DNA of 64,000 nucleotides from Lingula anatina (taxonomy: Eukaryota > Animalia > Brachiopoda). Within the stretch, counting starts at the first letter, position 1. Every line of letters begins with the position of its first letter. Shown piece after piece: positions 56,601 through 64,000 of this stretch. The stretch is from assembly GCA_051362555.1 (NCBI GenBank), contig CM120642.1, forward strand, positions 27,156,001 to 27,220,000. Reading direction: 5' to 3'. The position numbers and the translations under genes are program-made. The notes below the pieces were generated by a model. That model was given only the letters and a program-made list of their open reading frames with translations, ran no database searches and was not told the origin of the DNA.

Positions 56601-59600
56601 CAAATTTAACCATCAAGCAAAACGTAAGACCTCACTGCCTTAATGAGGACAGGCACTAGGATCTCTTTAAATTTTAATTTCATCCTTTTCCAGATGTTCC
56701 TCCTCTGTGGGTCGTTCTTCAGCCTCGCGATCTCAAAGGATATCCCTTAGCCGTAGCTGCTTCAGCCATGGTGCCATTGTCCACGAAATGATGCACGCTC
56801 TTGGCTTCTACCACGAACAGTCCAGGGCCGATAGAGATGATTACGTGACGATCATGTATGCAAATATTGAACCAGGTATGTTCATTCGGCCAAGTTCGTG
56901 AGACTTCGTAAATCACGAATCTCGCACGGGATCAGTCGAGCTGTTCCATTTTTAAGTTTTGGTTAGAAATGGAATGTCCCCTGACGTTTGAAGTCAGTGC
57001 ATACTCAACTCAATGTAGCACATATACTGCTTGTATCTTCGTTCATCTACGTTTTATCTTTTCAGAAGAAGAAGAACAACACTCATTTGGTCAATAATTT
57101 ACAAACGTTAACGGAACATTAATTCTTTTTCACGTGGAAACAAACCAATCAGCAAGCTAGTCCGTAAATTGTCCTTTCCCCGTATCATCTTAAAGATTCA
57201 TACCAATTAAGTATTCGATATTTGTTATTCTCAAAGGCAAGGAAAACAACTTCAAAAAGTACTCGCCCAGCCAAGTGCAGACCTTGGGTGCCCCGTATGA
57301 CTACGGGTCTTTGATGCACTACGGAAAATACAGCTTTTCAAAGAACGCCAAGGCAACCATCGTTCCCAAGGACCCCAAGGCATGGATTGGGCAGAGAAGC
57401 GGCCTCTCCACAATAGACAAGTACAAGATAAACAAGTTGTACAACTGTACTGGTTTCACAGGTTTGACGAGTTTTGAGATTTATTTGGATATTGTCTTTA
57501 TCCTCCCCTTTTTAAATGTATACTGAGGGGTATGATTCTCTCTTGGCTAAAATGAGTTGTAAACCTACACATTATCATCAAATCTGCACATACGTAGACG
57601 GCATTCTAAAATTAGGCATTGGCTGTGAATTTTTTAACTTTCACAAACTTTTGGTTGCTACCGGTATGATTATGCTTTGTAGGGACTTTGCCCCCATTGA
57701 CAACACCAATGACCACTACAACGACAGCGCGTAAGTTTTGATCAGATAGCTAAGTGCCTCAAGTTTTCGGTATAGAATATCTGATTAATTTTGTTAGAAA
57801 AAATGTGCCTGCATCATGTTGCATTTTTTTGACTGTGAAACATAAATGAGATAGATAAGACTTAAGTTCTCATTAAAACATTATGGATGCATATGGATGC
57901 ACCAAAACATTAAAATACCAAAGAAATTTGCTAATCCCAATCCATTACAAGTTCCAGTTTTAAGCTAATCCGACTTTTCAAAACCTCCCCAGTTCCTCCA
58001 AACAGAATCTTTAAGGGCCCTTTTTCCTGTAACTTTGACAAGGACACGTGTTCCTTCACGCAGGACGTCAACGACGATCAGGACTGGACCCGATTTACGG
58101 GAAAAGCTCCTAGCGCGGGTGTAACGGGACCCACTGCAGACCACACCAATGGGACAGGTATTTATTTATTTATTTATTTATCTGTTTACAGGACAAATTA
58201 AAAAATGTATTTGTCAGACCGAGTGTGGAAGCATGGTAAATTTTCATTATTTTTTTATCATTGACCATAGTTTGGGCGTGAGAGCATCACAGGTGTTGCA
58301 TGATATTTATTCATGCTTCATGACCTTTTTGCACGTGGCGACAGATGTGTTGTAAGGTTATCAATGGAATAGCTATTAAAGGTACAGTAGGCGACTTTGG
58401 CGCCATATATTGTACTTCATGCCAAATGTAAAGAACAACCTTTCGATGTATTCAAAGAATAAATATCAAAACGTATACTTACATGGATATTTCCTGAGTT
58501 GATTCTTGAATTTCATTCATTCAATGTACATCTACATGTTTGGCACTACGCAACCAACAATACATTCATTTCGTTTTGTTCCTTATTCCAATAGGTCATT
58601 ACATGTATTACGAAGCTTCGAGACACGGCGTCGGCGACGTGGCTTCGCTTCGTTCCCCTGGGATCGATCTCCCCGGGACCGTGTGTCTCGAGTTTTGGTA
58701 CTATATGTTCGGTCATACCCTTGGCCAGCTTGATGTGTACACTGCTGTCAACGGCAATGAGACGAACATCTTTGTTGCCAAGGGCAGCAAAGGGAATCGG
58801 TGGCTCCTCGCTCAGGAACAGCTCAATTTCACTGATGTTACTCAGGTATTTGGAATTTCTGTCATGTTTTTTGTTCTTTTGATTTGACATGTTTGAAATG
58901 ATATCCTTGCAAAAGAAATAGGTTTGAACGCTTTTCGTTACGGTGGTTGGATGAAAAATGTTAAAGTGTAAAATGACAAGCGTATATAATAAAAAGCTAA
59001 TTGTTCTAAACTTTAAGGAACAAATCTTACACTGGACACCTTTAAGATCATAGTTTTCTGGCATTACCCATTTTAAGATTATTCAGTCCAATAATTTAAA
59101 GGTTATTTTCCCTAGTTTTAAAGGTAGCTATATTGAGAATAGTTTATCAAAATAAAAAAGGCTGGTCCACATTCTTTCAGCTCGTCTTTAAAGCAACCAG
59201 AGGCAACGGAGACTTCAGCGACATTGCTATTGATGACATATCAGTACAGGCTGGAAAATGCATAACTCCAACTGGTAAACTACTTTCATAACTAGGGCGG
59301 TGTTTCTATTAGTTTATTGACTAAATAAGTACGTAAAAGATGATTGAGTTGACTGATTCATTTTTATACTGTCTATGTTGTCAGAGGCACCGTCCTAAAT
59401 TTGAAAGATTTCAACTGAGCCGACCACTGTCAAGCCTAATATTCAACCTCCAAGTGCCTTTTTTTCTGGGGGAAGGGGGGGGGGGCATATTACTGTTTTT
59501 TACCTATCGATACAGTAGATAAAACAGAGCAGTTTTCGTTTTTATAAGGCACCAGACTATTTTACACCGTGTTGTTTCCGTTCAAAATAGGCCCTATCAT

Positions 59601-62600
59601 CTGTTTAATATACAATGAATTTGTATTTGAGTCCATAAAGATGAACCCCTTCATGCAATATTTATTAACTAAATTAACCACGATAGAGAGAGCGAGAAAG
59701 AGGAGAGGCTAATTTCGTTCATTCTACTCACAGTTATGGCCATCAACGGCCCCTTCCACTGTGACTTCGAGAGAGACTGTGGTTTCACTCAGAGCAGCGA
59801 AGATGACTTTGATTGGTCCAGGCATAGAGGGAAGACCGCTTCAGCCAATACCGGACCCAATGGCGATCACGCTAACGGAAAAGGTATGGCATCGCCGGAA
59901 GTTAAATGAAAAGCTTGTTTATAAAATTGAATCTCCATCCCACCCCGAAACGTTATTGAATACCACTGTATAATCACTATAATAACGGTAGTTTATTTAT
60001 TTCAACAAAGAACGTGTGAAATAACAGAATTGTTACCTATGTTGAAGTCTTGTCGCGCCATCTACAGGAGATAATTGCAGTACGCAGTAGACGCACACGC
60101 TGTTAGGCACGTGACCTTTAACAAGCACACCCTAATGCTAATTGTGTGTGAATTTGGTGACATATTTGATGGCGTCTTTTCAATTTTATAGACATTTCTT
60201 TACATCTGTAGAAGTCACAGTGAAACAGTCGATTTGAGGGGGTACCTCTTATAAATTTTACTAAATGGTATAAAATATGTATATTTTTACCACTATTTTG
60301 TATTTTTTTAAACCATTAATCACGTTAGACACTGTATCCTTAATAAAAAGCACTATTTCTAACAATTTACGGCTGTAAGGTTATCATTTGTAAATAAAAG
60401 TACATGGAAATGGGGGTGGGAGAACCTTTTTGACCAATGCTGTATATATATATATATATATAACAGAACACTTGACATAATAAGTTTTCGCATTTCACCT
60501 AAACACATCCCCAAATCAGAATAAAGCGTATGTATTGCAACGCTCAGATAACATCCCTAGGTATGTATTTAAAGATGCATACAAAGTCAATTTTTTGTCA
60601 CAAAAACCAACCAAATGCCAGCATATAGTTTCAAGTAGTATAACTAAGAGAATTACCAAAAGGCATTGTTTAATTTTACCCGAAAATGATGTTTGAACAG
60701 ATTTTTCTGCTGGCATTCTAAGCTGTATGTCAATGGGGCAGGAAAGTAGGTCACGGAAGTAGGTTAAATTTACAACCATAAATTTAAAGAAAGGAGCAGT
60801 CTTAAGGTCTTTTATGGCTGATTGAGTGATCTATTCAGTTTATCCCTTAAGATGTCAAATTTATTTGAGTCATATAAGAATCTAGTAGAAGTGGTTTACA
60901 TGTGTTACTGGGAATCCACACTCCACCGATGCTCGGTTCGTATGTACCTTTAATATTTAAAAATAGAAGAAACTGTTGTTGCTCCAGGTTATTACATGTA
61001 CACGGAGGTGTCTGGTAGTTTAAAGGCTGGAAGCAGGGCATCCATGGCCACCCCTCCTATCAACCTCAGTGGCAAAGTGTGCATTAGCTTTTGGTACCAT
61101 ATGTACGGTAACTCTGTGGGAGAACTCAATGTCTACACCAGCCGAAATAACAGCAGCAAGACGCGTGTCTTTGCCTTTTCAAAGAACCAAGGGAACCTTT
61201 GGAAGTATGCTCAAACTGCTTATCAATTCACCGCCCCCACTCAGGTATGGAGTGTGAACTATTTGTGTATTTGCATATTTTACAAAAAAAATTATTATAG
61301 TAATAGAAAAAAATAAAATAACCAGCCCCTCTCTTAAAAGACAAAGGATATGCAGGACCCTTCAAAATTTCATTATTTTCTCTTTTTTTCTGTCGTAACG
61401 TTCAAGCATTTTGAACTGAATTAACACGTATTCATCTGAAAAACAGTCATAAATCATTTGTATGTATCTGTCTGTTTATTATTATAAAAAATCTGTTGTT
61501 TAACTTAATGCTCAAAAATTATTATATAAATACCAATACACACATTTTCAGGTAATATTTGAGGGAGTCCGAGGTGCTAATTACGATGGAGATATCGCAA
61601 TTGATGATATACACGTGGTCCCTGGAGACTGCCCAGGTAAATATTATTTGGCTCGATACGTAAGCACACAATGTCGTTTTTCTGGATAATTAACTACTCA
61701 TCAACCTATGGTTTGCATTTAGGCTATATTGTGTTTTAAAGTTTTAAAGTTTTAAAAGGGAATCAATAAGGACTGGGAGCATATACAAAGCAGTAGACCT
61801 TTTGTAAGTAGATGACTAGATGTTGCCTTTTGTGTTTACTGAAGAGCTTGCTCTCCAGTAAAAGGTCTCCAGAAGTCAACAACTGGTCATCTTGCAGCCA
61901 AATGCCTATTATACAGTACTCGTATAATAGGTCGAGATGGAGGCCAAATGAAGTGCCGCAAGCCTGGATTGAACCAGCGACCTTTAGATTCCTGAAATAC
62001 ACTTTCCCTTCATTCTGACGCTCTCCCAACTAAGCTATCGCAGCCTATGACAGCATTTAATTTCTTTTTCTTGTCAGCTCCTCCTTCTACGTCTGCCCCA
62101 ACAACGACCAGACCCACTACCAGACCCACCTCGGCTACAGGTAGTATCAATTTTGGAAAGCTCTGTACTTTGTACTTGTTAGTGGTGAATGTTGATTGGA
62201 AATCATTAGACCTTTATTTGCGACCTTTAGATTCCTGAAATACACTTTCCCTTCAGTCTTACGCTCTCCCAACTAAGCTATCACAGCCTATGACAGCATT
62301 TAATTTCTTTTCCTTGTCAGCTCCTCCTTCTACGTCTGCCCCAACAACGACCAGACCCACTACCAGACCCACCTCGGCTACAGGTAGTATCAATTTTGGA
62401 AAGCTCTGTACTCTGTACTTGTTAGTTGTGAATGTTGATTGGAAATCAGTAGACCTTTATTTGTAACAACATGTTTTTTTATTTCCAAATATTTCACAGA
62501 TTTTTAGATCGATCCAGAGATTTAGATTTAGATCGACCTAACTCCCTGGGGGTTCACGCTAAATTGCCGTCAGCTGAGTGCGCACCATAGTTAATTACCC

Positions 62601-63268
62601 CCTTACAACTTTTAGTAGGCGGGACAGACGCTTGCCGGCTAAGCTGCCAGTAATCTAGTGAGACTCCCCACAGGGATAAATCGATCTAAAATCTATGGGA
62701 ATGGGGTTTGAAAGATCATTGCTCTTGTTAAGTTAATTTACGTTAACCCTTAAGAATTTCACCATATCCTATCACTTATGATAAACAATTTATTGGTCCC
62801 AAAATTTTCAGTAAAACCTGCAGTAATAAGTGGTAAGTTTGTCTGCAATTTCGACAAGGACAATTGTGGATTCATTCAGAAAAAAACGGATAACTTTGAC
62901 TGATAACTGGCGTTCGTGGTCTACCACACTGGTGGTATTGCAATAGATGATGTCAGTGTAATGCCAGGGGTCTGCCAGACGGGTGAGCCCATATACAACC
63001 AAATAAGAATCTTGTTTCAAAAGTCAGCAGAAAGGCGCTGAAATTATTAATCAGATTTATATCTAGACGTCTTAAAAGCATATATCAAAAAGAACAAGTA
63101 CTGCACGTACAGGAATTCAAAATTTGGTTTTATCTCTAGACTTGTGTGTATTCTTTTTTTTATGTTATTCCTTTGCTCATCTTCGCTGTTTTGGACTTTG
63201 TTTAATATTCGCAGCTGCTACGACTACACGACCCGCCGTGACGACCCAAAAGGCAGTTGTCAGCACCG
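50634..63268 (+). CDS. Secreted astacin-family zinc metalloprotease with MAM domains (meprin-like architecture), 3' end outside the window
   Basis: Exons 50634-50678, 50917-50947, 54926-54967, 55154-55188, 55691-55772, 56355-56472, 56694-56875, 57237-57461, 57683-57730, 57993-58157, 58595-58845, 59181-59274, 59734-59883, 60988-61244, 61552-61636, 62078-62140, 62321-62383, 63215-63268. Signal [21 protein letters not shown], pro-motif [25 protein letters not shown], Met-turn SLMHY, two MAM domains (CNFD..FWYYM..DIAIDD) and Thr/Pro linkers. Confidence 0.93.
51487..51666. repeat. ~93-bp direct tandem duplication
   Basis: ggctaactgtatttcgatctg..gtgacgaggcgta occurs twice. Confidence 0.9.
51961..52637. 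mobile_element. PIF/Harbinger-type MITE
   Basis: ~55-bp TIRs gcccctatttcacacagaccacgaatcccacgaat and attcgtgggattcgtggtctgtgtgaaataggggc; TAA on both flanks; internal partial duplications. Confidence 0.85.
52638..53970. mobile_element. Putative non-autonomous DNA element bounded by ~36-bp imperfect TIRs
   Basis: taaacggtctcccgttgcgaactatccttttgttca versus tgagcaaaaggacagttcgctacgggagacggttta. Confidence 0.6.
54446..54632. mobile_element. Dispersed ~190-bp repeat (same family as 108-308 and 62520-62707)
   Basis: Reverse complement is nearly identical to 62520-62707. Confidence 0.8.
55780..55847. mobile_element. 68-bp Tc1/mariner-type mini-MITE
   Basis: TA|CAGGGTGGTCCATAA..TTATGCACCACCCTG|TA, inserted 7 nt into an astacin intron. 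Confidence 0.75.
61954..62044 (-). tRNA. Intron-containing tRNA-Phe(GAA)-like sequence, probably a pseudogene or SINE head
   Basis: GCTGCGA TA GCTT AGTTGGGA GAGC G TCAGA AT GAA G [18-nt GGAAAGTGTATTTCAGGA] A TCTAA AGGTC GCTGG TTCAATC CAGGC TTGCGGC A. A and B boxes are present; there are mismatches in the anticodon and T stems and no T4 terminator. Confidence 0.7.
61978..62463. repeat. 243-bp tandem duplication including a 63-nt linker exon
   Basis: Units start with cgacctttag at 61978 and 62221; exons 62078-62140 and 62321-62383 are identical. Confidence 0.95.
62221..62287 (-). pseudogene. Truncated second tRNA-Phe-like copy lacking the T arm
   Basis: GCTGTGATAGCTTAGTTGGGAGAGCGTAAGACTGAAG + intron + ATCTAAAGGTCG, created by the 243-bp tandem duplication. 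Confidence 0.7.
62520..62707. mobile_element. Dispersed ~190-bp repeat, third copy
   Basis: Matches 108-308 and, inverted, 54446-54632. Confidence 0.8.
62812..62982 (+). pseudogene. Collapsed MAM-domain pseudo-exon
   Basis: Intact acceptor and donor, phase 1-1, 171 nt. Translates [46 protein letters not shown], i.e. a MAM N-terminus fused to a MAM C-terminus with in-frame stops. Confidence 0.8.
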
Positions 63269-64000
63269 GTGAGTTTAAAAGATAAGGCACCTTTTATATT
63301 CAAAAATATTTTGCGTCTTTGCGTTGTAATACACCGATAGTTTCATTGCGATCAAAGCTACTCGGTCCAGATGTCTGTTACAGTTCTGACACCTTATTCT
63401 GTCCAAAATTTTGAGGTCATAGTATAAAGTGACAGCGAAACTCATATTAATTCGGTTGCAATTGATCTCTGGGGATACATACCTCAAAAATATTATTTCA
63501 ACAAGGCAGCAAAGCTGTCAAATGTACAGACAAAATAACAGAAAAAAGGATGCAAAAGAGGTCATTTTGCCAATTTTGATGCAATAATAAACAAGACCGT
63601 GGAACTTCAAAGTCACACTTTGAAAATGCCAATATGTGAAACCGTTTAACTGGCAGTAAGAATTACCAAACAGACTGCATTGCCTACTGAAGCTGTATTT
63701 TAGTCCCATGTTTCTTTCCTGTAAGTTTGAGAACAGTAAGTGACATGGTTTTTCTTAAATGGTCATCATGGGAGCAGTGCCCAAAATAGTTTTTTTTTTT
63801 AATTTTGATGCAATATTACATAATGTTTAACAGCATAATGACCATCAATTTTAATAATAAAATATTAGTATCATGGGTATTCAGAAAATGTGACTAGCAA
63901 AGGTCTTCAGGCCCATGGAACTTCAAAGTCACAACTTGAAAATGCCAAAATGTAAACAAAGACAGCACTGTTCTGAAATGTTTTTTTTCCATTTTTAACA

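Noticed and set aside
58546-59064. 172-aa minus-strand ORF
   Set aside because: Antisense shadow of a MAM exon plus intron.
60055-60069. CTCF-like motif gcgccatctacagga in an astacin intron
   Set aside because: A single motif match without supporting context.
62902-62904. In-frame TGA as selenocysteine in the MAM pseudo-exon
   Set aside because: Immediately followed by TAA and located at a deletion junction; no SECIS seen.

Overview
This is intron-rich, AT-rich animal genomic DNA, probably from a lophotrochozoan or mollusc-like invertebrate (inferred from gene content and repeat types). Exons were reconstructed by hand from GT/GC-AG boundaries and reading-frame continuity. Genes in order: the 3' part of PGM2 (+); a 599-aa beta-lactamase/PBP-fold serine hydrolase with a likely GPI anchor (-); VPS36 (-) head-to-head with a small mitochondrial prag01/COX7B-like gene (+), whose second intron holds a ~4-kb Helentron-like element with a 146-bp satellite; PRPS (-) head-to-head with UBE2K (+); two tandem intact copies of an unrecognised 227-aa secreted protein gene (-); and an astacin-MAM metalloprotease (+) that runs off the window. 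The strongest observations are: (1) two apparently purifying-selected alternative terminal exons in PRPS; (2) the duplicated orphan secreted gene, with a patch of replacement changes between copies; (3) a collapsed third MAM exon with an in-frame rescue donor; (4) an intron-containing tRNA-Phe-like sequence; (5) a nucleosome-length satellite full of DR1/ERRE motifs. Most short ORFs in the supplied track are spurious or are exon fragments. No database searches were run, so family assignments rest on motif recognition.
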